Shown here: one piece after another, positions 38,969 to 50,691 of the stretch
Numbering within the stretch: position 1 is the stretch's first letter
Layout: every line of letters begins with the position of its first letter
Translations under genes and position numbers: made by a program
NCBI GenBank assembly: GCA_963664405.1
Contig: OY761158.1
Coordinates: 4,096,001-4,160,000 of the forward strand
DNA from: Thermoanaerobaculia bacterium
GTDB taxonomy: Bacteria; Acidobacteriota; Thermoanaerobaculia; Multivoradales; Multivoraceae
Length of the DNA stretch: 64,000 nucleotides
Reading direction: 5' to 3'
Notes under the pieces: model-generated
What the model was told of the DNA's origin: nothing
Databases searched by the model: none
The model's input: only the letters and a program-made list of their open reading frames with translations

Positions 38969-41023
38969 ATGGCTAGGGTCGCCGTCACTTTCGCCTGTCT
39001 GCTGCTTTGCGCCGCCGTGGACGCAGCCGAGGTTGCTCGTGGCGATCTGGCAGCTTATCCCTATGATGACGGTGTCCTGGTCCGAGTGGGGCTGAGAACA
39101 GACCTCGCAGAGCTCGCTCTGCCCTGTTGCCTCGAGGATGGCGTGATGGTCGTAGGCACGACGCGAGAAGCGCTTCACGGCTCACTGCGAGTGCAACCCG
39201 GTGCGGTCGGCGGCAAGCAGGTTTTTCGGGTGCAGGTTGCCGCGTTGAAAGACGAGGCGCAGGCCGTCGCCTTGGCCGAACGTGCCGACGAGCTGACCGG
39301 GGTCTCCTCGGACACGGTTTTTGACATTGCCTCATCCTTCTATCGAGTCCGCATCGGGCGTTTCGAGAGCCGCGAGCTCGCCGAGAGCCAGCGCGACCTC
39401 TTCGCTGAGCGCGGTCTCACAGGCGGTTGGGTCGTGACCGAGGGGGCGGCCTTCGAGCGCCCTTTGTTACGACTGACTCTTGCTAACGAGCAGCGCGTTG
39501 TCGAAGGAAGGTGGATTGGGCTGGAAGCGCGCCGAGGAGAGCAGGTACGACTCGGCAGCGGCAGCTTTCGGGGTCGGATCTTGATCTATCTGAACGATCG
39601 AGGCCTGCTCAATCTGATCAACGAAGTTCCCCTGGAAGACTACCTTCGAGGAGTAGTCCCTCTCGAGATGGGGCCGGAGCTGTACCGAAATCTCGAGTCG
39701 TTGAAGGCTCAGGCTGTAGCGGCGAGAACCTTCGCCATGCACAACGCCGGCGGTTTTTTCGCCGAGGGCTACGACATCTGCGCTTCGCCGCGCTGTCAGG
39801 TGTACGGCGGCGCGGATGTCGAGCACCCTCTTTCCGATCGTGCCATTGCCGCCACCGCCGGAGAAGTCGTGATTCACGAGGGCCAGATCGCTGAAGCGCT
39901 CTATAGCGCCTCGTGCGGAGGGTTCACCGAGAATGTCGAGACCGTGTTTCCCCACAAGAGAGCTCGCTATCTGCGAGGTGTGCCGTGCCCGGAAGCGGGA
40001 GCGACGTCGCTACGGGGCGCTGTGGCCGAGGGTACTCCGATGGCCGCGGGCGTAATGCGGGCGCTGATTCCCCAGACTGGCGGCGGCGGGCCGGCGGAGT
40101 ACGAGGGCCGACTAAAGGAGGTGGCTCGACTTGCCTCGTTACCCGTTCCTCGAGACTCTCTTTCCTCGCTCGATCGGGACGAAGTGAGGCGCTACCTTGC
40201 GTCCCTCTTTGATCTGGTCCTGGATGCCCGCTTGCTACGTGCCCAAGCGGCGCCCTCCAACGTGCAGTGGAGCTCAGTCGAGCGCAGGCTCCACCAGCGC
40301 TTCGCGAGGGGAGAGGGCGCTTTGAACCGGCCCATGACGGACACTCAGCTCGAAGAGGTTCTTCTGGATCTGACCCGACTCCTCGGGCTCACGAGGGAGG
40401 AGCTTGCTTACTTTCTTCACCTCGGTTCCGGTGGTCTCGAAGTGCGGGCTCGCGGCGAGAAACGCCTCCTTTCTTTGACCCCGCAGCTCGGCACCTTTCG
40501 TTTGCGGGACGGGAGGTTCGTGGCGGGAAGCCTGAAGCTAGCAGCCGGGGATCGACTGCGCCTGGTGTGGAGTGCTGATCGGCTTCTCGGTGTGGCTCAG
40601 GAGCGCTCGGTCGCAGCTTTAGCGCCTGGAAAGACTGCCTGGAGGCGCTTTCGTAGCGATCGCGATCTGGGACGGTCGCTGCAGGTCGTCTATCCCGGTT
40701 TTGCCTTGGCGGATCTCGAGGTCGTATCTCGAGGTGTCTCGGGCCGGGTTGGCCAGCTTCGCCTCCATGACGCTTCGGGCGAGACAGTGCTGGTCGAAGG
40801 GCTGGCGGTGCGCTGGACGCTGGATACGCCGGACACTTGGTTCGATCTGCGACGAGGGACCCAGGATGGCCACTCCGGTTGGGTCTTTGACGGACGGGGT
40901 CGTGGGCACGGGGTCGGAATGTGCCAGCTCGGTGCCTTTGCCATGGGCCAGCGCGGACACACCTATCGCGAGATCCTGGCTCATTACTACACCGGTGCGA
41001 AGCTCGGCCGCCTGAGCGGTTGA
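38969..41023 (+). CDS. SpoIID/LytB lytic transglycosylase with SPOR domain
   Basis: SPOR-like RVQVAAL/YRVRIG; LEDYLRGVVPLEM, LKAQAVAARTFA, CQVYGG and GHGVGMCQ. Confidence 0.9.
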   Translation: MARVAVTFACLLLCAAVDAAEVARGDLAAYPYDDGVLVRVGLRTDLAELALPCCLEDGVMVVGTTREALHGSLRVQPGAVGGKQVFRVQVAALKDEAQAVALAERADELTGVSSDTVFDIASSFYRVRIGRFESRELAESQRDLFAERGLTGGWVVTEGAAFERPLLRLTLANEQRVVEGRWIGLEARRGEQVRLGSGSFRGRILIYLNDRGLLNLINEVPLEDYLRGVVPLEMGPELYRNLESLKAQAVAARTFAMHNAGGFFAEGYDICASPRCQVYGGADVEHPLSDRAIAATAGEVVIHEGQIAEALYSASCGGFTENVETVFPHKRARYLRGVPCPEAGATSLRGAVAEGTPMAAGVMRALIPQTGGGGPAEYEGRLKEVARLASLPVPRDSLSSLDRDEVRRYLASLFDLVLDARLLRAQAAPSNVQWSSVERRLHQRFARGEGALNRPMTDTQLEEVLLDLTRLLGLTREELAYFLHLGSGGLEVRARGEKRLLSLTPQLGTFRLRDGRFVAGSLKLAAGDRLRLVWSADRLLGVAQERSVAALAPGKTAWRRFRSDRDLGRSLQVVYPGFALADLEVVSRGVSGRVGQLRLHDASGETVLVEGLAVRWTLDTPDTWFDLRRGTQDGHSGWVFDGRGRGHGVGMCQLGAFAMGQRGHTYREILAHYYTGAKLGRLSG

Positions 41024-41038
41024 GCTACCCGAGGTCGA

Positions 41039-42016
41039 ATGACAGCTCCTAACGAGATGGCCGCGGATCTTCTCGCCGGGGTCCTGGCGCGAAATCGACG
41101 AGCTTTGGGTCGGGCTCTGTCCGTTCTCGAAGACAGGACGAAGGAAGCCTCTTGGTTGCTTGGCCAGCTCTATGCACTGAGCGGGAATGCCCGCGTGGTG
41201 GGGATCACTGGACCCCCCGGCTGCGGCAAGAGCACTCTGGTGGAGGCGCTGACGAAGAGCTACCGAGGCCTCGGGCTGAGTGTGGGCATCCTGGCAGTTG
41301 ATCCGACCAGCCCATACACCGGCGGCGCTTTGCTGGGCGACCGAGTGAGAATGCAGGCTCTCGCCACGGACTCCGGCGTCTTCATCCGTTCGATGGCCAC
41401 TCGCGGCGCTATGGGAGGCTTAGCGCTTGCCACTCGCGACTCGGTCGACCTGCTTGACGCGGCGGGCTACGATCGGATCTTGGTCGAAACGGTGGGAGTT
41501 GGGCAGGACGAAGTCGATGTCATTCGCACCGTAGACGAGGTCATCGTGGTCACTGTTCCGGGGCTAGGTGACGAGATTCAAGCGATTAAGGCTGGAATCA
41601 TGGAGATTGCCGACATCTTCGTCGTTAACAAAGCGGACCGGCCTGGCGCCGAGCTTGCCGTGCGGGACCTTCGTGCTGCCCTCGAGATGGCAGAGGCTGA
41701 GGGTGTGAAGCCGCCCATTCTCACCACTGTTGCAAGCGAAGGCGATGGCGTCGACGATCTACGCGAGAATATCGAGCAGCGCTACGATGCGATGGAATCG
41801 AACGGCGACCTCCTTAGACGGCGCTTTCTTCATCTCCGCTTGCGAGTAGAGAATATTTTGCAGCGGAGGATCCTCGCAGCTGCGGCCGATCTGCTGGATC
41901 TGGAGGCCGAGCTGGTTATTGCGTGGGAGCAACGGACCGATCCCTACACGCTTGCCGATCGCCTCTTCGCTGGCGTCCTGTCGCACTACGGCGAGCCAGG
42001 TCGCCCGCGGGGATGA
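41039..42016 (+). CDS. meaB: Methylmalonyl-CoA mutase GTPase chaperone MeaB/ArgK
   Basis: GITGPPGCGKST, AVDPTSP..GGALLGDRVRM, ETVGVGQ and VNKAD. Confidence 0.95.
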   Translation: MTAPNEMAADLLAGVLARNRRALGRALSVLEDRTKEASWLLGQLYALSGNARVVGITGPPGCGKSTLVEALTKSYRGLGLSVGILAVDPTSPYTGGALLGDRVRMQALATDSGVFIRSMATRGAMGGLALATRDSVDLLDAAGYDRILVETVGVGQDEVDVIRTVDEVIVVTVPGLGDEIQAIKAGIMEIADIFVVNKADRPGAELAVRDLRAALEMAEAEGVKPPILTTVASEGDGVDDLRENIEQRYDAMESNGDLLRRRFLHLRLRVENILQRRILAAAADLLDLEAELVIAWEQRTDPYTLADRLFAGVLSHYGEPGRPRG

Positions 42017-42113
42017 TGGTTCGAGGGCCGGCGGCGGCCGCGCCAGATGTTAGGGTCATGCTCCGCTCCAATTGGCAGGAGACTGAGCGGATCCATCTTC
42101 GAGGGGAGCAGAG

Positions 42114-42545
42114 TTGATTCGGGGAATCGAGCACATCGGTATTGCAGTGCGATCCATTGAGGAGGCGCGCACCTTCTATGAGTCCCTCGGCCTGGTAGTG
42201 GAAGAGATCGAAGAGGTGCCTCAGGAGGGAGTGCGAGTCGCGATGATCCCCTGTGGCGAGTCGCGAATTGAGCTGCTCGAGCCTACCCGGGACGATTCGC
42301 CGGTGGCGAAATTTCTGGACAAGCGTGGGCCGGGTCTCCACCACTTGTGTCTCGCCAGCGATGGAGTCGAAGAGGACGACCGCCGACTTCGTGAAGAGGG
42401 TGTGCAGCTCTTGCGCCCTGAGCCCTCTCCGGGGGCCGGCGGTGCCACGGTGCAGTTCGTTCATCCGCGAAGTAGTCGCGGAGTCCTAGTTGAGCTGTCA
42501 GAGCTGGCGCTGCCCGGCAGCGACGGGGTTCGAAGCGATGATTGA
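42114..42545 (+). CDS. mce: Methylmalonyl-CoA epimerase
   Basis: EHIGIAV, QGV-like EGVRVA, IELLEP, GPGLHH and GVLVEL; next to meaB. Confidence 0.92.
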   Translation: MIRGIEHIGIAVRSIEEARTFYESLGLVVEEIEEVPQEGVRVAMIPCGESRIELLEPTRDDSPVAKFLDKRGPGLHHLCLASDGVEEDDRRLREEGVQLLRPEPSPGAGGATVQFVHPRSSRGVLVELSELALPGSDGVRSDD

Positions 42546-42879
42546 CGTCGGCAGTGTCGTCATCGTGCATCTCGCGAACCCTCCAGAGCAGTATTGGGGG
42601 TTGCTGGAGGCTCTTTCACCTGCCGGGATCGGCTTCCGAGGGCTCAATGTCGCCAGTTTCGAGGACTTCCTGGCGCAGGCGGTGCTGGCGGAGGAGCAAA
42701 GCCTGGGCTTTGCGACCATGTTCGTGCCCATGTTCAGGGTGGAGAGAATCTTCCTCGACCAGCAGGTAGGAGTGGTCAAGAGCTACCGCCAGCGCTTCGA
42801 GGAGCGGGTGGGGCACCCACTCGAGCTCTATATCGGTGGTGAGGAATCTCTCAGCAACGACGAAACGATGCCCTCGTGA
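42538..42879 (+). CDS. Hypothetical protein
   Basis: Coding-like composition; start overlaps mce; motif FVPMFRVERIFLD. Confidence 0.7.
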   Translation: MIDVGSVVIVHLANPPEQYWGLLEALSPAGIGFRGLNVASFEDFLAQAVLAEEQSLGFATMFVPMFRVERIFLDQQVGVVKSYRQRFEERVGHPLELYIGGEESLSNDETMPS

Positions 42880-42900
42880 GGCTGCGATCGTCGACTCGGC

Positions 42901-43671
42901 TCAGAAGAGCACGTTGGAAAAGAAGTAGGCTGGCGCCTCTATGCTCCCCTCAGCAAGTCCGATTGCATCTTGCGGACTCACTACGAATTGGCCGGCCCTC
43001 GATCGTTGGGCGCTGTGTAGGACGAGCTCCATCGCCTCCAGCTCGGGGAAACTCTCAACCGCTTCGACGAAAGCGCCCGCGCACATTCTCAGGGTCTCGA
43101 ACACCTCGCCACGATTCTGGACAGAGAACTCGACCAGTATGCGGTCTGACTGGCTACCCTGCAGAACCCTCGAAGTGGCCAGCCCTTGCTGCCTTAGCAG
43201 AGACACGATCGCTCGAGCGTCAGCTTCCGGCTCGAAAGGTAGCCTGGGCAGCGACGACAGGTCCAGATTTCCCGCGGGAGAAAAGCGCAGAGAGGCGTCG
43301 GTCTTGGTAGTCTTGGGTTGCCGCTTTGGTGCTCCGTTTTTGGCCCGCTCGATGAGGAGGTCGCGCAGTGTTGCGGTGCTACTTTGCAGGGCTTCGAACG
43401 GACGACTGTCGCCCCCCTCTAGCACGATCGCGGCGCCGATCTCGATTAGGTTCGTCTCCTCCGTTTTCTGGACGTCAATGTCTTCGAGCCTGTAGTAGGT
43501 ATCGGTACCACTGAGTAATGTCACGTAGGCTTGCCCGTCTTCGACGCGGTACTTCTCTCTCGTGACTATGGTTGAGCCATCCTTGAATACGATCGTATAA
43601 GCGCTTGCAGAGAAGCTGCCAAGCAAGAGCAGCACTCCACAAAAGGCAAACGTTCGGATGAGTGCTGACAT
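42901..43671 (-). CDS. Exported hypothetical protein
   Basis: GAGGAG RBS, signal peptide ending ASA, N-terminal IVFKDGS beta motif. Confidence 0.75.
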   Translation of the reverse strand: MSALIRTFAFCGVLLLLGSFSASAYTIVFKDGSTIVTREKYRVEDGQAYVTLLSGTDTYYRLEDIDVQKTEETNLIEIGAAIVLEGGDSRPFEALQSSTATLRDLLIERAKNGAPKRQPKTTKTDASLRFSPAGNLDLSSLPRLPFEPEADARAIVSLLRQQGLATSRVLQGSQSDRILVEFSVQNRGEVFETLRMCAGAFVEAVESFPELEAMELVLHSAQRSRAGQFVVSPQDAIGLAEGSIEAPAYFFSNVLF

Positions 43672-43745
43672 GTTGACTCCTCGTAAACAATTGCGAATAT
43701 GGCACTGCTAGTATATCGCGGGCGCTTCGAACGGAGAACTGAAGG

Positions 43746-44858
43746 ATGATCTCAAGCCACGCCAAGGGGTTGCTGGTTCTCGAGGACGGGACCGTGTTGG
43801 AGGGGGTTGCGGCTTCCGCCGGTACACGCTTCGGAGAGGTCGTTTTCAATACCTCGATGACCGGCTATCAGGAGATCCTGACCGATCCGTCCTACCGCGG
43901 CCAGATTGTGGTCATGACGCTACCCCACATCGGCAATTACGGCACAGCAGCCGGAGTCGAAGAGTCGCGCCAGCCATGGGTGGAAGGGTTTGTTGCCCAT
44001 CAGTTCACGGCGCGTCACTCTGGCAGTGGGCAAGGCGGCTTGCTTGCATATCTGCAGGAACATGGAATCCCGGCGTTGCATGAGGTCGATACCAGGGCGC
44101 TGGTGAGGCGGTTGAGAGAGAGGGGCTCGCTGCGGGGAGTGTTGACCGACGAGCGCTCCGACGTGTCAGGTCTCCTGCGCGAGCTCGAAGAGTTTCCGAT
44201 CATGGAGGGCCGAGCCCTCGTCGACGAAGTAACTTGTTCCGAGCGCTACAGTCTTGCTCCTACCGGAGAGCCGATCTGTCGATTAGCGGTCTATGACTAT
44301 GGTGTCAAGGCAAATATCTTGCGCTCCCTTTTGGACCTCGGGGTGGCTCTTGAAGTGTTGCCGGCGCGCACCGGAGCGTCGGACTGTCTGAAGCTCGGCG
44401 TCGACGGTGTCGTGCTCTCCAATGGACCGGGAGACCCTGAGCCGCTGCGCGAGATCATCGGCAACGTGCGAGAGCTGGTCGAGTCAGGCCTTCCGGTGCT
44501 CGGGATCTGCCTCGGTCACCAGCTCCTTGGACTGGCCCTGGGCGGCCGCACCCACAAGCTCAAGTTCGGCCATCACGGCGGCAATCAGCCGGTCAAGAAT
44601 CTCGACTCGGGCGCAGTGTTGATTACCAGTCAGAATCACGGCTTCGCCGTCGATGGAGACTCCCTACCCGCCGGATGCAGGGTTACCGAGATCAATCTGA
44701 ACGACCAAACGGTTGAGGCGATCACGGTCGAGGGTCAGCCGATCTTTTCGGCGCAGTACCACCCGGAAGCGGCTCCCGGGCCGCACGATGCTTCGCCGCT
44801 CTTCCGGAGCTTCCTGGACGCTGTTTCTCCAGGCCTCGCGGTCGGCGGCGATCGTTGA
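43746..44858 (+). CDS. carA: Carbamoyl-phosphate synthase small subunit
   Basis: GEVVFNTSMTGYQE, LSNGPGDP, GICLGHQ and QYHPEA. Confidence 0.97.
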   Translation: MISSHAKGLLVLEDGTVLEGVAASAGTRFGEVVFNTSMTGYQEILTDPSYRGQIVVMTLPHIGNYGTAAGVEESRQPWVEGFVAHQFTARHSGSGQGGLLAYLQEHGIPALHEVDTRALVRRLRERGSLRGVLTDERSDVSGLLRELEEFPIMEGRALVDEVTCSERYSLAPTGEPICRLAVYDYGVKANILRSLLDLGVALEVLPARTGASDCLKLGVDGVVLSNGPGDPEPLREIIGNVRELVESGLPVLGICLGHQLLGLALGGRTHKLKFGHHGGNQPVKNLDSGAVLITSQNHGFAVDGDSLPAGCRVTEINLNDQTVEAITVEGQPIFSAQYHPEAAPGPHDASPLFRSFLDAVSPGLAVGGDR

Positions 44859-46051
44859 ACCCTTCGCTCGTCGGGTCTCTCGCCTGGCGCTACGTGCGCG
44901 GCAGACGGAGCTTTCAGCTGCGCGGAGTCGCCCGCGCTGCGCTGGTCTCGAGCTCGCTGGGGGTGGCGACGATGGTGGTTGCCATGGCGCTCATGTCGGG
45001 TTACTCGGAGGACCTTCAAGACAAGCTGATCGGAGGAAGCGCGGCGATCGTCGCGTATCCGATCTCCGGGGACCTGGAGAGAGTGGCGTTAGGGATGACA
45101 GAGCTTGCTTCCCTGCCGGGGGTCGTGTCGGTCGCCGAGGTGGCCTATGGTCAGGGCTCTGTCTCGCGCGTGGAGCAACCCAAGGGTTACGAGGTCACCC
45201 TGCGTGGTGTTGATCTCGAGGCTGTAACTCCGGGTCGTCTCGATACGCGGGCGTTGATCGGCGGGGGCGACGTCCCTGGCGCGTTGCTTGGCGCTGAGTT
45301 GGTGCGTCGGCTCGGAGTGGAGAAGGGCGAGGTGTTGCGGCTAGTCTCCGTCGATCTCGAGGATCTGCGCTTCCGTTACCGGCGCATTCGTTACGTGGAA
45401 AGCTTCGAGACAGGCTTTGCAGAAGCGGACTCAGGCTGGGTTGTGCTCGAGCGCGTGGTGGTCGAAGAGTTGGGCGGAAAGTCGAGCTTGCTCGAGATCA
45501 GTCTGGAGGATCCGAGCGATACGGAAGCCACCGCGGCGCAGGTGAGGACCCTCCTCGGTGACGACTTTCTGGTCACCGACTGGCGTCAGTACAATCGCGA
45601 GCTGTTCACGGCCCTGCGGCTGCAGAAACTGGCTCTCTTCCTGGTCCTTGGCCTCATCGTAGTGGTGGCGACTTTCAACGTCGCGTCGACTCTTGTGGTG
45701 TTGACCCGAGAGCGGAGGCGGGAGATCGGTGTATTGACGGCGATGGGTCTCGACAGAGGGCGCCTCCAGGCGGTTTTCGTGAGCTGCGGTGTCCTGATTG
45801 GTGGTGTCGGTAGTCTGATCGGGGTCTCGCTGGGCTGGTCGGTGGCTTGGCTACTTACGACCTTCGAGCTGGTCCGCTTCGATCCGGGGGTGGCTGCGAT
45901 CTACTTCATCAATTCGGTTCCATTTCGCGTCCATACCGATGATGTATTGGCGATTCTCGGCTTCTCGCTAGCCACGACTCTGGTGGCTTGCTGGCTGCCG
46001 GCTCGCCGCGCTTCCCGGCTCGACCCGACTGAGGCGCTCCGCTACGACTAG
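44855..46051 (+). CDS. LolC/E-family ABC permease
   Basis: LAWRY, GVATMVVAMALMSG, TDWRQYN..LF.AL and REIGVL.AMG. Confidence 0.85.
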   Translation: MNPSLVGSLAWRYVRGRRSFQLRGVARAALVSSSLGVATMVVAMALMSGYSEDLQDKLIGGSAAIVAYPISGDLERVALGMTELASLPGVVSVAEVAYGQGSVSRVEQPKGYEVTLRGVDLEAVTPGRLDTRALIGGGDVPGALLGAELVRRLGVEKGEVLRLVSVDLEDLRFRYRRIRYVESFETGFAEADSGWVVLERVVVEELGGKSSLLEISLEDPSDTEATAAQVRTLLGDDFLVTDWRQYNRELFTALRLQKLALFLVLGLIVVVATFNVASTLVVLTRERRREIGVLTAMGLDRGRLQAVFVSCGVLIGGVGSLIGVSLGWSVAWLLTTFELVRFDPGVAAIYFINSVPFRVHTDDVLAILGFSLATTLVACWLPARRASRLDPTEALRYD

Positions 46052-46056
46052 CCGGG

Positions 46057-46123
46057 CTAGGCTCCAGAAATGATGGCTATCATTTCCTCCGCCTAGTTGT
46101 CTTTTGGCGCCGAGGACGGCGCA
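46057..46123. repeat. Repeat family D copy 2 (inverted relative to copy 1)
   Basis: CTAGGCTCCAGAAATGAT-GGCT-ATCATTTCCTCCGCCTAG plus GCGCCG-AGGA-CGGCGC hairpin; starts 6 bp after the permease TAG. Confidence 0.8.
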
Positions 46124-46165
46124 CTTGGGCGTTGCTTCCTATTCGCTCACGGAAACGGCTCAGGA

Positions 46166-46276
46166 CGAATACTCGGACACGCTCCTAGCCCCGGGAAACG
46201 GGCCTACGGCCCGTTCTCCGGCCCATCCCCCCCTAAGAACTACTCGCCTGTCCGAATTCTCGGACACGCTCCTAGC
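46166..46276. mobile_element. Repeat family C copy 2 (46185-46275) with 24-bp direct repeats
   Basis: CGAAT(A/T)CTCGGACACGCTCCTAGC at 46166-46189 and 46253-46276; body matches 35308-35389 in reverse complement. Confidence 0.8.
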
Positions 46277-46335
46277 TCGTCGGCTGCTGAGCACGGCTCC
46301 GGACTGGCTCGTTTCGGGTAGGCCTTCGTCACCAC

Positions 46336-46372
46336 AAAAGGAACGAGGGAGCCGGTTTCCCGACTCCCTCGT
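46336..46372 (-). terminator. Rho-independent terminator
   Basis: ACGAGGGAGUCGG-GAAA-CCGGCUCCCUCGU followed by UCCUUUU; the single stem mismatch is a G-U pair only on the minus strand. Confidence 0.75.
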
Positions 46373-46525
46373 GGGGGCTCGCGCGACTTTGGAGGTCGCG
46401 GGATTAGGAGGAGATGGCAAGAGCGGGGCGGTTGACCGCCGCGCCACTGGGATCCCCAAAAGCCAACTTGCGAATGCCAATCGGGGGGACCCCGGGAGGT
46501 GAGGGCCTCATTGTCTGCCCTCATC
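46336..46525 (-). ncRNA. Candidate ~190-nt sRNA with CCUCC motifs
   Basis: ECF-like promoter upstream, four hairpins, intrinsic terminator; no convincing ORF. Confidence 0.55.
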
Positions 46526-46531
46526 TATACA

Positions 46532-46558
46532 TACGAACAAAGGGGGCCCATCGTTTTA
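46532..46558 (-). promoter_or_regulatory. Putative ECF-sigma promoter
   Basis: TAAAAC-N17-CGTA on the minus strand, resembling SigW/SigM-type TGAAAC-N16/17-CGTA. Confidence 0.45.
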
Positions 46559-46687
46559 TTCCGTGCGGTTTTTCTCGATAAACGCCCATCTTTCTGTGGC
46601 GATCCCGGGGCTCGCCGATGCCGTGGAGGCGGGCGCGGAAGATACGACTTTTCGCCGCGCTTGGCTGACTGTAGACTCCGGGCCGTA

Positions 46688-49903
<3,216 letters not shown>

Positions 49904-49938
49904 TCCCGGCGCCGCAATCCGAGGGCTCGGGCGTCGGC

Positions 49939-50313
49939 TTACCTCTCGCGTAGGCGGTCGATTTCTCTTCGCTCCTGCTTCGTTGGCCGGCCCAGGCCCT
50001 TCTCGCGGCGCACCGGCGCTCCTCTCAGGGCCCGCTCGAGAGGGTCAGGGCGTGGTCGGGGCTCGCTCAGATCCTCGAAGACTCGAGCCGCTTCACTTTT
50101 TGGTAGCGGCCGGTCGCGCAGCTCGAGCACGATCAGGACGCGTTGCCAGTCGCCGAACTCAACCTCCAAGCGATCGTCGATCTTGAGCAGGCGGTGAGGT
50201 TTGATGCGGGCACCGTTGATGCGGACCCGGCCCAGAGTGCAGGCGCGAGTAGCCTGGGAACGGGTCTTGAAGACCCTCGCAACTTGCAACCATTTGTCGA
50301 CTCGGACCGACAT
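49939..50313 (-). CDS. hslR: S4-domain ribosome-associated heat shock protein Hsp15
   Basis: RVDKWL..AR.FKTRSQA and GRPTKQERR. Confidence 0.9.
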   Translation of the reverse strand: MSVRVDKWLQVARVFKTRSQATRACTLGRVRINGARIKPHRLLKIDDRLEVEFGDWQRVLIVLELRDRPLPKSEAARVFEDLSEPRPRPDPLERALRGAPVRREKGLGRPTKQERREIDRLRER

Positions 50314-50321
50314 TTCGGAGG

Positions 50322-50627
50322 CTAGCCGTCTCGTAGCTTCTCGATGTCGCGATCACGGCGCGACTCGATGCGTTCACACTCGGCGCGATACTCTCGCTCC
50401 TCGAGGTCTGCTGCGCCCGGATCGACGATCTCGAAAAGCCTTTTGCGGTATAGGATCTCGAGCTCGGCGAGCTTGGCTTGGGCCTTTCGGCGCGCGTCAT
50501 CCATGCTGGCGAGTACCTCGGCCGAGTAGGCTTGGTCTCTGGGTCTGTCTATGCCTACACTTTCCATGCGCTCGAGGGCCAATTCATAGGCACTCTTGAT
50601 GGGCTTAGGGCCACTCGCATCTTTCAT
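50322..50627 (-). CDS. Hypothetical coiled-coil protein
   Basis: KSAYELALERM motif, charged helical composition; extended -10 6 nt upstream of ATG. Confidence 0.75.
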   Translation of the reverse strand: MKDASGPKPIKSAYELALERMESVGIDRPRDQAYSAEVLASMDDARRKAQAKLAELEILYRKRLFEIVDPGAADLEEREYRAECERIESRRDRDIEKLRDG

Positions 50628-50691
50628 GTCTGGAGAATAGCATCGGCCGCACCGCCGAGCGGCACACACTCGAGCGATTCGCAGGGTACTG

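Noticed and set aside
46166-46276. Mini CRISPR array (two 24-bp direct repeats)
   Set aside because: Only two repeats; the 63-bp spacer is itself a repeat also present at 35308-35389; no cas genes.
46097-46524. Small ORFs across the permease-carB gap (also 30890-31123, 35162-35407 and 35409-35639)
   Set aside because: They are translations of repeat or structured DNA; shared peptides such as RELWKRWS and GPFSGPSPP arise from repeat homology.
46336-46525. 6S RNA, SRP RNA or tRNA identity for the sRNA candidate
   Set aside because: A series of local hairpins rather than one long rod or a cloverleaf; no SRP helix-8 motif or T-loop seen.
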